Under the pieces are notes generated by a model. That model saw only the letters and a program-made list of their open reading frames with translations, was not told the DNA's origin and searched no databases. Positions 40,301 to 54,785 of a stretch of DNA of 248,000 nt are shown here, one piece after another. Both the position numbers and the translations under genes were made by a program. Origin of the DNA: Rhodosorus marinus CCMP1338 (Eukaryota > Plantae > Rhodophyta). The DNA lies in NCBI GenBank assembly GCA_029953675.1, contig JAMWBK010000008.1:1632001-1880000 (forward strand), read 5' to 3'. Numbering within the stretch: the stretch's first letter is position 1; each line of letters opens with the position of its first letter.

Positions 40301-42462
40301 GGATAGGGCGCAAACCTTTTGAGTTGAGATTGTTTTGAAACAAACGTGTCTTACATTTTTGGAAGAGCAAAGAGGCCAATTGTCCAAAAAGAAAATAGGC
40401 AGACAGTTTCCTTTTCTTCTGTTATTTTCTATTAAGGGGTGTTCTCCTCAGTCCTGGCAACCATGGAATTCAACACTTCCCTCTGATCTGTCCAAAAGCT
40501 TCCTCGAATGCGATTACCACCCCTCTTTCATGTATCTTCCTCCAGCAGATTCATCAACATTTGCACGCTATAGCTAAATACTTCCCGCATATCCTACATT
40601 CGCCTCCCCCCCCTCCACAGGTTCAGTGAATCCATCCAATCCTTCAACCTCCACACGTGGTAGTTAAAAACTTCCCCCACACCCTATATTTGCGTCTCCT
40701 CCCCCTCCCAAATATCACTCCAGCGGTTTGATCCACCGCCTGGGGAGATAGATAAAACCGACTCTCCCATATTCCTCCAGTTTGTTGTTGCCCGAATTGA
40801 GATTCCTTCCCTCTCCCCCTCTCCCCCCACAAAGTCTGCCGCTCCTCGTCACTTACGCCCTGAACATCCCTAGATATTCTCCGTGCGGTCTTGTTGTCTT
40901 GTTGGGTGGGCAGGAGGGCGCGTTCATGCTTTGTGCGGATGAAAAGATCTCCTCAGACCCTCGGAAGCGGCAGGAACTGTTGGCTTTTGGTTTCTGACTT
41001 TGGAAGGGCGCAACCCCAACGCGCAGCGCTGGAATAACAAATTCCCTCACCTCCCCAAACCTCGTCAGCCGAAGGCTCATGCAGAAGCTGAAAAAAACTG
41101 CTCAGTACTTTTGAGCAAAAGGAGGCCAATTGTCACACACGTAGATACCTTCCTTTCAACCGATCGTCCTGTTTTCCATGTAGCAATCGCGTTTTTTGAA
41201 ATACCACCGCACTCTATCCAGCAGATTCCTCCACCCCTCGCGATGTACGTAAAATCCACACATGCGATACTCCTCAATATTCCTCCAGTTGCTTGATTTT
41301 GGACATGACTCGACCCACCCCTCCGGCTCTCCAGTCTAACGCCAGCAAGATATTCTCCTTGCGGTAGTGTTGATTGGGAACACGAAGAACGCGCTCACGC
41401 TTACAACCAATACATTTTCCTGTAAACCCGCTAAACAACGCGAGCAAGTTAACAACGCCAGCGCACCTTTGGAGCTTTTCTGTTCTCGGGTTCGAGGCCA
41501 CGCAAAACCCCGTGGCCCCTAGACTACGTAACTACAAATTACTGGAATAATTCCCCATCTCCAGACCCTATTTCTCCCTGGCAAAGCGGCCTCGTGTGCG
41601 TGCGCGTCGTATGGAAACTACATATATTTTCGCTTCGGTCAACATGCCAGTAAGCCCTCCCAACTCCAATGGTCAAGAATCCGGAGGGAAGGCGGGGGAA
41701 AGGGGAGCCACCATCCTTACACAACTGTCCTCGATCGCGCACCATCTCCAAACTCTTTCAAAATCAAACGAAAATCTTCCCTGAATTGTTTCAGAGAAGA
41801 AAAAAAGATCGCGCATTTGCTTGATGTTTGCGCCGAAAAACAGGGGATGGAGAAACCTTTCCGCTGGACTAGTTTATGAATGAAATTTAAACTTTTAGAT
41901 CAGGTTGTCCAATGAAAAGGTGTTTTTGGAGTTGACAACGAAATATTATTTATTGAAAGGGTTCCAGAAGTGGACGAGTTAAGGTTGGCTAAGAACAAGC
42001 AGTAAACAAGAGTTTTGGGAGGGGAGGGGGGTTTGGGTTGTTGGAGGAATTGTACGTAATTTGTTGACTGGGTTACCGAATCGATTCCCCTCCGAAAAGT
42101 CGTTGTTTTTTTTCTTACCTTTCTCCTTTCATGGAAGCGGAAGCGACGTTGTTTGAGGGCGATGACACGCAATCCTGAGCCTGTGTTGAAGGGAATAGGG
42201 GATTCCGGTTCGTGGAAGGGAATTGGGTGACTGGGTATTCGTTTCTTCTGGTTTCTTTAAGCTTGCGAAAATTCATTGCATGAGTGATTGAACGAAAGGA
42301 TCGTTGAGTATAAATATGGCTCCGTATCGCTGCCTGGCTAATCGCGGAGGAGTCTTTCATGCAGAGCATAGCAGCCGACTCTTAGGTGACGGCTTCTGAA
42401 GGGGACAGTGGAAGGCTAGTGTGAGAAAGGAAAGCGTGAGCTAGACGAAGGTTTTCCCCGGA

Positions 42463-45400
42463 GTGGCAATGAAGGTTTCAACCGCAGTCTGCTTGGTGCT
42501 TGTCGGACTATGCGGGTCCGCCCTGAGTGGACCTGTCGCTGCGCCGCTGAGCTCGAGACCTCAGAGCCCGCTATTACCATGCTCGGATTTTGCTGATAAT
42601 TACGAGATTGTGAAGATCGGGGAGGATAACAACAGGTGCTACGATCTGCGCGTGGATGGAACCGGCGCCAAGGTCGGAACACTGTGTGTGAAAGTCAAGG
42701 AGTTTCCCAACGGGAAAACTTGCATCCAGTTCTCATTTGCCGCCAAGCAAGGATGGGAATTCTACAAACTTGAGGCTGGCGCGGCGCAGGGATGCGCCCT
42801 TAATCTGAGGACCGACCCCTTCCTGGTTTCTGCTGAGGGTTGGTTCACGTCGAAGAAACTCTACGTGTGTCTGAACAAGTTCCAGGCGTTCCCCGGACCA
42901 AACGGAGATGGATGCTGCAACGGAACGCTTTGTCTCTACCCAGCCGTGAAGGCACGCAAGGGATCTAACTATGTCTACGTACTCCCCGAAATTGATGAGA
43001 ATGATTGCAAGCAAAAGAATGGTGACGAATTTGTTGGTTGCAGGGTTCCCTTGGTCTGCGAGACCCCAACACCCGAGCCGACTCCAACCCCCCCAATGGA
43101 ATTGCCATGCGAGGACTATGCGGATGAGTTTTCCAGTGTTGTGATTGGAAATGAAGAGAACAAGACATGCTTCCAGCTGCGCGCCAACGGAAATGCTAAT
43201 GGTGCCCGTGTCGGAACCTTGTGCCTGAGTGTGAGACCGGCTGGCGAGAAAACTTGCATCGTATTTTACTTCATCGCATTCGCCCCGTACATATTCAAGG
43301 ACGCGAAGGCAGGGTTAGCGCATGATTGTGCCGATGAAAACAAGTACCCCTTCAAGGTCGTGAAGACAGGTCCATTCAAGCTCGCGAAAATATACGTGTG
43401 CCTGAACAAGTTTAGCTCTCCGCCTGGAGTTGATAATGGAGGATGCTGCAATGAAGACATCTGTATGTTCTCGCAGGTAACTGCTCTAGACACGAGTTTG
43501 TATAATGCACAGAAGTTTAAGGCTTCTCCTAAGGACGGGGGGAAGGGTTGCGAAGAGACCGATAACGGTTTCGACACTCAATGTAATGTGCCGTTGATCT
43601 GCACTAACTCGACACCATCGCCGACACCATCGCCGACACCATCGCCGACGCCATCGCCGACGCCATCGCCGACGCCATCGCCGACGCCATCGCCGACGCC
43701 ATCGCCGACACCATCGCCGACGCCATCGCCGACGCCATCGCCGACACCATCACCGACGCCATCGCCGACGCCATCGCCGACGCCATCGCCGACGCCATCG
43801 CCGACACCATCGCCGACACCATCGCCGACGCCATCGCCGACACCATCGCCGACACCATCGCCAACGCCATCGCCAACGCCATCGCCGACACCATCGCCGA
43901 CACCATCGCCGACACCATCGCCGACACCATCGCCGACGCCATCGCCGACGCCATCGCCGACACCATCGCCGACGCCATCGCCAACGCCATCGCCGACGCC
44001 ATCGCCGACACCATCACCGACAGCACCACCAACCCCACCATGTGATGCGACCGATGTGGATTACTGCTTTTCGTTTGACTTCTCAAGCTCAATCTGGGAT
44101 CCGGTCAACGGTCTGAACGGAGGAGGAAGTACTGAGAAGTTAGAGTCGCAGAGGGAGCTGGTGTTGGGAGTCATGGACAGACTCGACACGCAGGACGTAA
44201 ATGGCCTTAACCGGTACGGATTTGTGATATTCGGAGGAAGTTCAGGAGGAAGTAACGAGAACAACGATACAATCGCAGATCTGTCCGAGAAGGTTGTGGA
44301 TCCTTTAACAGATTATGATACTGTTAAATCGGCGGTCGAGGCGTTGCAATCTCCTCCGTTGGTGCCTGAGAATCAGATCCCGGCCCAGAACACGAACATT
44401 GAGAAGGGTCTACGTTTCTGCGAGGAGATTCTGAACAGCAACGGCAATCAAAGAACGAGGGTTCTGATTCTGACGAGTGATGGAAGAGCGACGAGAGGCA
44501 ACGGTGCCGGTGATACCGACACTAACCCTGCTAATAATGACCTGGTTGCACAGGCGGTGGCAATCCAGAACAGTGGAATCATCATCGTAACTGCTGGGAC
44601 AACTGAAACGATTGACGCTCCATACTTGCCAGTATTTGATGCTCTGGCATCTTCTGGAGAAGCGATCGTGACGGAAAAACAAGAAGATTTCGATTTGTTA
44701 ATTGAGGATATTGTTGAGGCCATCTGCGGTGAACTGGAAACGCCGACACCATCGCCGACACCATCGCCGACACCATCGCCGACGCCATCGCCGACACCGT
44801 CACCGACACCGTCGCCGACACCGTCGCCGACACCGTCGCCGACACCGTCGCCGACGCCGTCACCGACACCGTCACCGACACCGTCACCGACGCCGTCACC
44901 GTCACCGACACCGTCACCGACACCGTCACCGACGCCGTCACCGACACCGTCACCGACGCCATCGCCGACGCCGTCACCGACGCCGTCACCGACGCCGTCA
45001 CCGACGCCGTCACCGACACCGTCACCGACACCGTCACCGACACCGTCACCGACACCGTCACCGACACCGTCACCGACACCATCGCCGACGCCATCGCCGA
45101 CACCGTCACCGACACCGTCACCGACACCATCGCCGACGGCACCACCAACCCCACCGTGTGATGCGACCGATGTGGATTACTGCTTTTCGTTTGACTTCTC
45201 AAGCTCAATCTGGGATCCGGTCAACGGTCTGAACGGAGGAGGAAGTACTGAGAAGTTAGAGTCGCAGAGGGAGCTGGTGTTGGGAGTCATGGACAGACTC
45301 GACACGCAGGACGTAAATGGCCTTAACCGGTACGGATTTGTGATATTCGGAGGAAGTTCAGGAGGAAGTAACGAGAACAACGATACAATCGCAGATCTGT

Positions 45401-47436
45401 CCGAGAAGGTTGTGGATCCTTTAACAGATTATGATACTGTTAAATCGGCGGTCGAGGCGTTGCAATCTCCTCCGTTGGTGCCTGAGAATCAGATCCCGGC
45501 CCAGAACACGAACATTGAGAAGGGTCTACGTTTCTGCGAGGAGATTCTGAACAGCAACGGCAATCAAAGAACGAGGGTTCTGATTCTGACGAGTGATGGA
45601 AGAGCGACGAGAGGCAACGGTGCCGGTGACACCGACACTAACCCTGCTAATAATGACCTGGTTGCACAGGCGGTGGCAATCCAGAACAGTGGAATCATCA
45701 TCGTAACTGCTGGGACAACTGAAACGATTGACGCTCCATACTTGCCAGTATTTGATGCTCTGGCATCTTCTGGAGAAGCGATCGTGACGGAAAAACAAGA
45801 AGATTTCGACTTGTTGGTTGAGGATATTGTTGAGGCCATCTGCGGTGAACTGGAAACGCCGACACCATCGCCGACACCATCGCCGACACCATCGCCGACA
45901 CCATCGCCGACACCATCGCCGACATCGTCACCGACACCGTCACCGACACCGTCGCCGACGGCACCGCCAACCCCACCGTGTGATGCGACCGATGTGGATT
46001 ACTGCTTTTCGTTTGACTTCTCAAGCTCAATCTGGGATCCGGTCAACGGTCTGAACGGAGGAGGAAGTACTGAGAAGTTAGAGTCGCAGAGGGAGCTGGT
46101 GTTGGGAGTCATGGACAGACTCGACACGCAGGACGTAAATGGCCTTAACCGGTACGGATTTGTGATATTCGGAGGAAGTTCAGGAGGAAGTAACGAGAAC
46201 AACGATACAATCGCAGATCTGTCCGAGAAGGTTGTGGATCCTTTAACAGATTATGATACTGTTAAATCGGCGGTCGAGGCGTTGCAATCTCCTCCGTTGG
46301 TGCCTGAGAATCAGATCCCGGCCCAGAACACGAACATTGAGAAGGGTCTACGTTTCTGCGAGGAGATTCTGAACAGCAACGGCAATCAAAGAACGAGGGT
46401 TCTGATTCTGACGAGTGATGGAAGAGCGACGAGAGGCAACGGTGCCGGTGACACCGACACTAACCCTGCTAATAATGACCTGGTCGCACAGGCGGTGGCA
46501 ATCCAGAACAGTGGAATCATCATCGTAACTGCTGGGACAACTGAAACGATTGACGCTCCATACTTGCCAGTATTTGATGCTCTGGCATCTTCTGGAGAAG
46601 CGATCGTGACGGAAAAACAAGAAGATTTCGACTTGTTGATTGAGGATATTGTTGAGGCCATCTGCGGTGAACTGGAAACGCCGACACCATCGCCGACGCC
46701 ATCGCCGACGGCACCACCAACCCCACCGTGTGATGCGACCGATGTGGATTACTGCTTTTCGTTTGACTTCTCAAGCTCAATCTGGGATCCAGTCAACGGT
46801 CTGAACGGAGGAGGAAGTACTGAGAAGTTAGAGTCGCAGAGGGAGCTGGTGTTGGGAGTCATGGACAGACTCGACACGCAGGACGTAAATGGCCTTAACC
46901 GGTACGGATTTGTGATATTCGGAGGAAGTTCAGGAGGAAGTAACGAGAACAACGATACAATCGCAGATCTGTCCGAGAAGGTTGTGGATCCTTTAACAGA
47001 TTATGATACTGTTAAATCGGCGGTCGAGGCGTTGCAATCTCCTCCGTTGGTGCCTGAGAATCAGATCCCGGCCCAGAACACGAACATTGAGAAGGGTCTA
47101 CGTTTCTGCGAGGAGATTCTGAACAGCAACGGCAATCAAAGAACGAGGGTTCTGATTCTGACGAGTGATGGAAGAGCGACGAGAGGCAACGGTGCCGGTG
47201 ACACCGACACTAACCCTGCTAATAATGACCTGGTTGCACAGGCGGTGGCAATCCAGAACAGTGGAATCATCATCGTAACTGCTGGGACAACTGAAACGAT
47301 TGACGCTCCATACTTGCCAGTATTTGATGCTCTGGCATCTTCTGGAGAAGCGATCGTGACGGAAAAACAAGAAGATTTCGACTTGTTGATTGAGGATATC
47401 GTCGAGGCCGTCTGCGGTGAACTGGAGGAACACTAA
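42463..47436 (+). CDS. Secreted cell-wall glycoprotein: signal peptide, 2 Cys-rich modules, 4 VWA domains separated by (TPSP)n linkers
   Basis: 1657-aa intronless ORF; four nearly identical VWA units with DFSSSI/TNIEKGL/LTSDG. Confidence 0.92.
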   Translation: MAMKVSTAVCLVLVGLCGSALSGPVAAPLSSRPQSPLLPCSDFADNYEIVKIGEDNNRCYDLRVDGTGAKVGTLCVKVKEFPNGKTCIQFSFAAKQGWEFYKLEAGAAQGCALNLRTDPFLVSAEGWFTSKKLYVCLNKFQAFPGPNGDGCCNGTLCLYPAVKARKGSNYVYVLPEIDENDCKQKNGDEFVGCRVPLVCETPTPEPTPTPPMELPCEDYADEFSSVVIGNEENKTCFQLRANGNANGARVGTLCLSVRPAGEKTCIVFYFIAFAPYIFKDAKAGLAHDCADENKYPFKVVKTGPFKLAKIYVCLNKFSSPPGVDNGGCCNEDICMFSQVTALDTSLYNAQKFKASPKDGGKGCEETDNGFDTQCNVPLICTNSTPSPTPSPTPSPTPSPTPSPTPSPTPSPTPSPTPSPTPSPTPSPTPSPTPSPTPSPTPSPTPSPTPSPTPSPTPSPTPSPTPSPTPSPTPSPTPSPTPSPTPSPTPSPTPSPTPSPTPSPTPSPTPSPTPSPTPSPTAPPTPPCDATDVDYCFSFDFSSSIWDPVNGLNGGGSTEKLESQRELVLGVMDRLDTQDVNGLNRYGFVIFGGSSGGSNENNDTIADLSEKVVDPLTDYDTVKSAVEALQSPPLVPENQIPAQNTNIEKGLRFCEEILNSNGNQRTRVLILTSDGRATRGNGAGDTDTNPANNDLVAQAVAIQNSGIIIVTAGTTETIDAPYLPVFDALASSGEAIVTEKQEDFDLLIEDIVEAICGELETPTPSPTPSPTPSPTPSPTPSPTPSPTPSPTPSPTPSPTPSPTPSPTPSPTPSPSPTPSPTPSPTPSPTPSPTPSPTPSPTPSPTPSPTPSPTPSPTPSPTPSPTPSPTPSPTPSPTPSPTPSPTPSPTPSPTAPPTPPCDATDVDYCFSFDFSSSIWDPVNGLNGGGSTEKLESQRELVLGVMDRLDTQDVNGLNRYGFVIFGGSSGGSNENNDTIADLSEKVVDPLTDYDTVKSAVEALQSPPLVPENQIPAQNTNIEKGLRFCEEILNSNGNQRTRVLILTSDGRATRGNGAGDTDTNPANNDLVAQAVAIQNSGIIIVTAGTTETIDAPYLPVFDALASSGEAIVTEKQEDFDLLVEDIVEAICGELETPTPSPTPSPTPSPTPSPTPSPTSSPTPSPTPSPTAPPTPPCDATDVDYCFSFDFSSSIWDPVNGLNGGGSTEKLESQRELVLGVMDRLDTQDVNGLNRYGFVIFGGSSGGSNENNDTIADLSEKVVDPLTDYDTVKSAVEALQSPPLVPENQIPAQNTNIEKGLRFCEEILNSNGNQRTRVLILTSDGRATRGNGAGDTDTNPANNDLVAQAVAIQNSGIIIVTAGTTETIDAPYLPVFDALASSGEAIVTEKQEDFDLLIEDIVEAICGELETPTPSPTPSPTAPPTPPCDATDVDYCFSFDFSSSIWDPVNGLNGGGSTEKLESQRELVLGVMDRLDTQDVNGLNRYGFVIFGGSSGGSNENNDTIADLSEKVVDPLTDYDTVKSAVEALQSPPLVPENQIPAQNTNIEKGLRFCEEILNSNGNQRTRVLILTSDGRATRGNGAGDTDTNPANNDLVAQAVAIQNSGIIIVTAGTTETIDAPYLPVFDALASSGEAIVTEKQEDFDLLIEDIVEAVCGELEEH

Positions 47437-47779
47437 ATACTAAAACTTTGAAGTAAAATAATTGGAAGTCATTGATTATTTACTAGATTGATAGCGTTGA
47501 ATTAAAATCCGTTATTCGGCTTCATGAGAATTGAAGATGCTCCAAGTAGCACAAACCAACAATTCACTTCGTAAAGTTCCAACGATGATAGATAAACACC
47601 TTGTAGAGCTAAGGGCGCCTTGCAACCGGCCGTATGTAGGCTTCGAAGCGTGAGCAACATTCTGCACATGAGAACCTAGTGTTTCAAGTTTGGCCATCTG
47701 ACTTCTCTGGGGTCGCAATGACCAGAGGAACAAGGCGATGAGTTTTTAGAGCCTAAGCACAAATGCCCACCTACGTATT

Positions 47780-48620
47780 TCAACTCGTTGCGACGTCTCC
47801 TACTGGCAACGGACCCCCCCCCGTGTTGGAACTGGAAGTTCTTACAGAACTGTAGAGACCCGTGGAGGCGCATACACTGTTACCGTTTACTCGATCTAAG
47901 TCCATTGACTTAGATCGTTTGTCGAGTAATACGGTTGCTTCTCCTTCATTCGATTGAGGAAAACGTTCACATCTATCCAGCGCGAAAAAAACCCATGTTT
48001 TTTTCATACTATTTTCTGGTGATCTCGTCTTCGTCCCATTGATCGTCCTGTTGACTATGTTGCTATTTCTTCCATGGTTCCGTCTCCTTTCCAACATTAA
48101 AGCAGCGTTCAGACGCCACAGCAAGAAACTTAAACGGGTAAACAACGAGGACAGACGGTCAGGACGTTCACGGACCAATTCCCGAAGCCAACGAGAACCA
48201 ACGGAATCCATAAACCCAAAGCTCTCAATCACCAGAGGTACCAGGCGATGAGCTAGAGCCGAAGCACGAATGCCTGCTGAAGACAAGGCACCTGCATATT
48301 TCAACTCTTTGCGACGTCTCATACTGGCAGCGGCAAATCCACGGCGCTCTCCCGCAGCCAGCAAATAGCGACTAGCCTGAGGGTCAGGAACGGCAAGATT
48401 AACGTACGTCGTATGGCGGCTAAGCACGACTACCTGCTGAAGACAAGGCACCTGCACATTTCAACTCTTTGCGACGTCTCATACTGGCAGCGGCAAATCC
48501 ACGGCGCTCTCCCGCAGCCAGCAAATAGCGACTAGCCTGAGGGTCAGGAACGGCAAGATCAACGTACGTCGTATGGCGGCTATCGTCACAGGTGACCACG
48601 AGGTAATTTGATGCACTTGA
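47780..48620 (-). mobile_element. CRE-like family C 3' region with internal tandem duplication
   Basis: TYVDLAVPDPQASRY..KELKY..LVPLVIESFG; segment 48280-48420 repeated at 48430-48590. Confidence 0.82.
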
Positions 48621-49505
48621 GAACAACACGTATTTTGAATAAAACGTAATTCCGATCAACCACAAACACTGCCGATACTTTCTCACCTGAGCTTTTGCTT
48701 TTGGTTAGAGGCTGTGGACGGAGGGGAAAGGTCCTACTGCTGACACGTTTGTGCTCTCCGTATCGATAACATCATTCCCAAAGATGGGGAGGGGGAGGTG
48801 AGTTGGGTCGATAAAGAATTGGATCGCTACACACAGGGCAGAAGTTTCGATGGACTTATCTGACGACCAAATGGAGGGAGAAATATCTTGTTTTTGGCGT
48901 TCGTGTAGTAAAGAAATTTTGCGTAAGATTTGGTAGCGCGAGGAGAGGGCGTAAACCTGTTGAGTTGAAGATGTTTCGAAACAAACGTGTCTTAATCTTT
49001 TTGAAGAAGAGAGTTATCAAAAAGGCAGACAGTTTTTTTATGCTATTTCTGTTTCCACTTTCAAGGTGCAGACTTCAATGCGGGTTGTAGATAAGTTCGA
49101 AAATCCCACGGAGTAGTGCTCAGTGGCGACTCCAAAGAGGCAAGTGCTCGAGCATAGGACCCCCAATATTGAAAGGGAGCGGCATTCCTTCAACGGCGAC
49201 CGCTAGGTTTTATGTCCTGTGGACCTCCAAATTTGAAAGGGAGGGCATTCTTTCAAGGCGCCTTTAGCTCTAAGGTGTGTAACTCTCATCGAAGAATAGT
49301 TGTGGGTTTTTGCCTCGCTACTAGGAGCATCTTCAATTCTCATGAAGCCAATTTACTGATTTTAATTCATTGGCTATCAATCCAGTAAGCAATAAATCAC
49401 TTCCAATTATTGTACTTCGAGATTTAGGTTTAGTTTCTAGTTCACTGCAGGCGATACCCTCAATCACCAATTCGAAATCTTCGCATTTTTCCGTCCCGCA
49501 TTCTC

Positions 49506-50420
49506 TTATGGTATCGGCGTCGGCGTCGGTGTTTCCAAACCATCGCAGAGGTCCTCGATGATTTCCTCAATCAGCAATTCGAAGTCTTCTTGTTTTTCGG
49601 TCACAATCGTTTTTCCATTCGATGACAGGGCATCGAACACTGACAAGTATGCATCGTCAATCGTTTCAGTTGTCGCCGCTGTTACGATGATGATTCCACT
49701 CTCCTGAATTGCTAAAGCCTGTGCCACAAGCGCATTATCATTCGGACTGGTGCTGGTATTGTTGCGACCTTTGCCTCTGGTCGCCCGCCCATCGCTCGTC
49801 AGAATCAGGACCTTGGATCTTGTGTTATTGTTCTCGTTGAGAATTTCCTCGCAGAACCGCAGACCCTTCTCAATATTCGTGTTCTGCACCACGATGTCGT
49901 TCTCAGGTACTAACGCTGGAGACTGCAATGTTAAGACCGCCTCAACAACGACATTTGAACTCGTCAACGGATCAACAACCTTCGTTGACAAATCCGGGCG
50001 TGTATCGTTAAGCTCACTGGTTCCTCCCGAACTTCCTCCGAATATCACAAACCCGTACCGGTTGAGGCCCTGGACGTCCTGTACGGCGAGTCTCTCTATG
50101 ACCCCTACCACCAGCTCCTTCTGCGAATCAAACTTCTCCGTGCTTCCTCCACCGTTCAAACCGTTGATCGGGTCCCAGATCGAGCTTGAATAATCGAACG
50201 AAAAACAGTAATCCACGTCCCTTGCGTCGCACGGTGGGGTTGGCGGCAAAGTCGGCGTCGACGTTGGCGTCGATGTTGGCGTCGACGTTGGCGTCGATGT
50301 TGGCGTCGATGTTGGCGTCGATGTTGGCGTCGATGTTGCCGTCGATGTTGCCGTCGGTGTTGCCGTCGGGTTCGTGCAGATTAAGGGCACATTGCATTTA
50401 GTTTTTATTTCCTTCGACAA
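49506..50420 (-). pseudogene. Third, inverted and 5'-truncated VWA paralog
   Basis: [10 protein letters not shown]-(TSTP)n-VWA; the upstream region matches the non-coding flank of the other copies; no N-terminus. Confidence 0.7.
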
Positions 50421-51079
50421 AACAAAATAAATTCCTTCGGCACGTGCTCAGGATTGCCTGTCATCCCCCTAAAACAACATCGGTTCCGCTCCATGAAAGG
50501 AGAAAGGTAAAGAAAAAAGCGAGAATTCGGAGAGGTCCCGATCTTCAACGGCACACTCCATTCACTTCCAGCAACCCACCCTCCCAGCCCCTACCACCAC
50601 CGCATCTATCCCCAGCCCCCCCTCCCCTGTCAGCTGTCAGGCCAAAATCTTGTTTAGTGCTTGTTTTTGAGGGTCTTTCTCGTCCATTTCTGGAACCCTC
50701 TCAACAATTAATATTCGATGACAACTCCAAACACATTTTCTCATTGGACGAAAGAATCTAAATCTTACATTTAAACTAGACCCAAGGAGAACTCTCAACC
50801 CCATCCCCTGCTTCTGCGGACAAACTTCCCGCAACTCCAAAGATAAATCATCTCTTTTTCTTCTCTGAAGCAATTCAGAGAAGGTTTTGGTTTTGGGACG
50901 GCTTCCAAGCTGGAGACGTTGACGATAGGTCGGCAGTGGTAGGGATGATGGCTACATCCACAGCACCCCTCCATGCCCACCGCACCGGATTCTTACCCAT
51001 TGGAGTTAGCCGGGCTTAAGCGCATGTTGACCAGATCGAAAATCCGAGGGGGAGGTAGCTTCCATACGAGGCCGATGCA

Positions 51080-51560
51080 AGTGGTGGTTTTACTGTTTTT
51101 TATTAGCATAGCCTAATGCGCTATGCAAGGCGCGAAAAGGAACTAAGAACTAGGTAGGGAAGCGTGCAAACCCAGGTGCCGATGGCGCGCCTCGGCAAGC
51201 ATGCTGCTAGAATATCGCCACAGAGAGACACTTTAACGGCGTAAGAGTTCCAAGTATTCGGTAGGATGTCAGCGAAACATTTCCGCAACCACTCCAAACC
51301 CGACTTCTCCACGTGACCAAAGCTTTCCACAATGAAAGGCTGGAACCGGTGCCAGCGACCCTCTGCGCAAGGCAGACTGGCCATACTCTCAGCATACCGT
51401 CGTTCCTTCACTCGACGAAGGGCCGATGCGACTGCCTCCCGGCGGCGTGCGGGCAGTGGTTTTACTAGGATAGCCTGATGCGCTACGCAAGATGTAGGAG
51501 GCTTGGGGGAAAACAGGGTCCGAAGATGGGTAGTAGTTCCAGTATTTTGGAGTTTCTTAG
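51080..51560 (-). mobile_element. CRE-like family A 3' fragment with tail
   Basis: KERRYAESMASL..FQPFIVESFG; GGTGGTTTTACTG tail. Confidence 0.8.
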
Positions 51561-52279
51561 TCCGGGGCATGTTGTCTTGAGCGCCCTTGAAACCCCAAAA
51601 AAGAAAAGCCGCAAAATTGCTCGCTTTGTTTAAGGTGGTTAGAGGAAACAGTTAATTTGTACAGTAAACGCGAACGCGCCCTTCGTGTTCCCAATCAACA
51701 CGACCGCAAGGAATAATATCCTGACGTTAGACTCGAGAGCGGGCGGTGGTCGGTCGTGTGATGGCCAAAATGGAATAACTGGAGGAATCTGGAGGAGCCC
51801 CTTGTGATCCGCTGGATCGAGTTGGATATTATCTCAAACAAGGCAATTGCTGTCGGTTGAAAGGAAGGTGTGCATACTTTTACCAATTGACCTCCTTTTG
51901 CCCAAAATACGGGACGGGTTTCTTCAGCTTTTGCATGAGCGTTCGGCTGACGTGGTTCCAACAGATTATGAGTCCAGCTCACTGTCTGGGAGCTGCGTGA
52001 ACTAAGAAGATGAGGATGAACTGAATTTTAGAGAATTTTAATGGTTTGGGAAGGTCCTTGGCAAAGGAACTCATCTAGCAATGCTTGTACTGAAGCGAAG
52101 AACCGGATGTGCAGGTTTCGTGGAGCATGATCATGATAGCTAACCGGACGCAGAGAGTCTACGAACTCAGGCGAAGCAAGACTTCAAAGACTCATGGAGG
52201 AAGAAGACAAAGACTGTGCTAGGCAGAGAACCAAAAACCAGCCCAACCCAGCACCATACACCCACACAAACCAAAACTC

Positions 52280-52670
52280 CGGAGCTGTTCCTAAGGCTAG
52301 TCGTTATTTGCTGGCTGCGGGAGAGCGCCGTGGATTTGCCCCTGCCAGTATGAGACGTCGAAAAGAGTTGAAATATGCGGGGCCTTTGTCTTCCGCAGGC
52401 ATTCGTGCTTCGGCTCTAGCTCATCGCCTGGTACCTCTGGTCATTGAGTGATTTAGGTTTCTAGATTCCGTTGGTTCCCGTTTGCTCCTAGAGTTGTTCC
52501 GTGAACACCCTGACCGTCTCTGCTCGTCGTTTACCCGTTTAAGTTTAGCCTGTGGCGTACGAACCCTGCTCTGATGTTGGAGGCGCGCGGTCTTCGCCGC
52601 GCGTAGCCTTTCTTTCCCCTCGGGGTTGGTTTCTTTCGCTCTCCGATTAAGCAAAAATTCATTCATTTAA
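52280..52670 (+). mobile_element. CRE-like family C 3' fragment
   Basis: ASRYLLAAGERRGFA..KELKY..LVPLVIE. Confidence 0.78.
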
Positions 52671-53400
52671 AACATGTTAGATGTGAAGAGTATCGAATAT
52701 AGAAAAATCATGAAATTTAGAGCGACAGGCTGTCACGATCATAAATGATCACTATTCAACACCGAAAGGATCTATCCATCCACTCCAACGGGATTGCTAG
52801 CGCCAATCACGCGTACCGAAATTATTCTTTCATCCAATCGACGGTGGCCACCATTATCCCTGCATATAGATGAATCATAAAAAAAAATTAAGTTGGACAG
52901 TCTGTACAACTCGGAAATGATCAGTATTCAATATCAGACCAAGAAAACCCCAAATAGCACTTTCGGAGAATCTCGTTTTTGGGACGTTTGATACTGTGAC
53001 TGCCTCCAAGTGAGCTCTCTCTCTCTCTCTCTCTCTCACGACTGCATGCATCTCTTTGAGTTTTACTCATCTGGCACGGTAACGCTGTCGTTCGGGGGAC
53101 GGGGTTGAGACTAAAACGGATCTGATCTCTTTCCCAAGCTAGAAAAGCTGGCGTGCTCTAATCCTTTTTGGGACGTATTTCACGTTGCGGCCACGAGCGG
53201 TGTGGACGTGAAGGGAGTGGGGGGGAGAGAGAAAAGAAGAACAGTGAGTCTAGAGGGGAAAATCCAACCTGGAAAGGAAGAACATGGAGGAATCCAGAAT
53301 AGGCCGGTTAGAAGGCGTAGATTTTTAAGGTCTTATCTGGAGGGGAAGACGCACGGGTTGGTCTGTGGTACTTGAACTTGACGTCTTGAGAGTGAAAAAC

Positions 53401-54785
53401 ATGATGGTTCGGAAGGGTGGGACTCGCCTGGATAAGGTTCTTCGCCAAAAGTATCCCTACTGGGTGATGGTGATCGGTTTTTTTATGGGATTTGTCTCAA
53501 GTTGGGCGCTGATTCTCGGTTTGAAGCGAGGTGGGACATCGCCCGTCTATTCCTTCTCGCCCTCGTCCTCCGCTAGGGTGGGAAATTTCTCTGCAACTGG
53601 GTTTGCCAACGCCGTTGACAAAGTTTATGTGATCAATAGGGATGTGTAAGTGGCTTCCTTCTAGTTCTCACGCGGCTGGTTCATTCCCTCGAGCTTACCA
53701 TTCTTTTGGGGGGACGTTTTTTTGGGGGGGTGGGGGCCCAGATGCACGGATCGCTGGGAGACATCGAAGAGATTCGCAGAAGCGATTGGCGTGGAGCTGA
53801 CTCGATTCAAGGCCTACGAACCGACGAGCGAGGAGCTTCTCAACCCGCCGGACGGGATCTCCGTCCGCGGACTGAAACACGATTTCCTCACGACGGGGAT
53901 GCTGGGAGTGTACATATCCCACCGCCGGATTTGGAGGCTGGTCGTCGAGAACAACTTCGAAAAAGTTATGGTGCTCGAAGATGACGTCTTTCCAACCAAC
54001 CAGACCTGGCTACACCTGCCAGGATTGCTCCAACATGCTGACGAAGCACAAGAGGTAAAACTTTCATATTGCTCCGAGGTTTCCCCACATACCAGGCGAT
54101 TGTAGCCTCTTATCAGACACTATCTTCTCAACAAGCGCCTCTCTGCTGTTCATTCAACCTTTTAGTTCCACAAGAAGTCCTGGCACTATATGTTCCTACG
54201 TCGAAATGCTTTGGGCAACGTGAAGAAGGAGAAGACTTGGAGCCTGAGCCCACTCGGCCACCCTGTCACCATCGCTACACCGAGCTGGGGTACGGCGGCG
54301 TACATCATCAGTCTTGCGGGCGCACGCTATCTGTGGAGCGCGAGTAAGGAAGGCCAGTACCCTCTGGACGTCCAGATTGCTGACATCCAGAAGAGAAATG
54401 AGGACGATTTTGTCACTCTCAGCGCATGCTGGAACGACCAGTTCCAACCCAGATGTCCAGAGACCGTCTTCAAGTTTGAGAAAGAGGATCAAGGAGATTG
54501 TAAAAGAAGTGGTAATGATCAACGTTGACAAGGCTGAACGGGAGGATGGAAACGGCCTCCGTCGTGGATCAGTTGAACTGATTATGGACGAGGACGATTT
54601 CATCCTTTGAGGATCGAGCCGCGAGAAACAGAGGCTCTTTTCAACCCCCGGAGGACGATCTCCTAGTAGGATTTCACTGACTTTGTTGGTTTTCGTTGCT
54701 TCTTGTTCAGGTACTCAGGCGGGTTCGAGGATAACGAGAGCGACTTTGAAGGAGAAGCTTAGAGAATTGGATGCCAAGTTGTGAA
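53401..54785 (+). CDS. Glycosyltransferase family 25-like type II membrane protein (spliced)
   Basis: N-terminal TM; DKVYVIN, RW..F, SHRRIW, VMVLEDD, GTAAYIIS motifs across GT-AG introns. Confidence 0.8.

Noticed and set aside
18432-46780. Antisense and off-frame ORFs such as [14 protein letters not shown] and RHHRRH
   Set aside because: By-products of the 12-bp TPSP repeat and of duplicated VWA units
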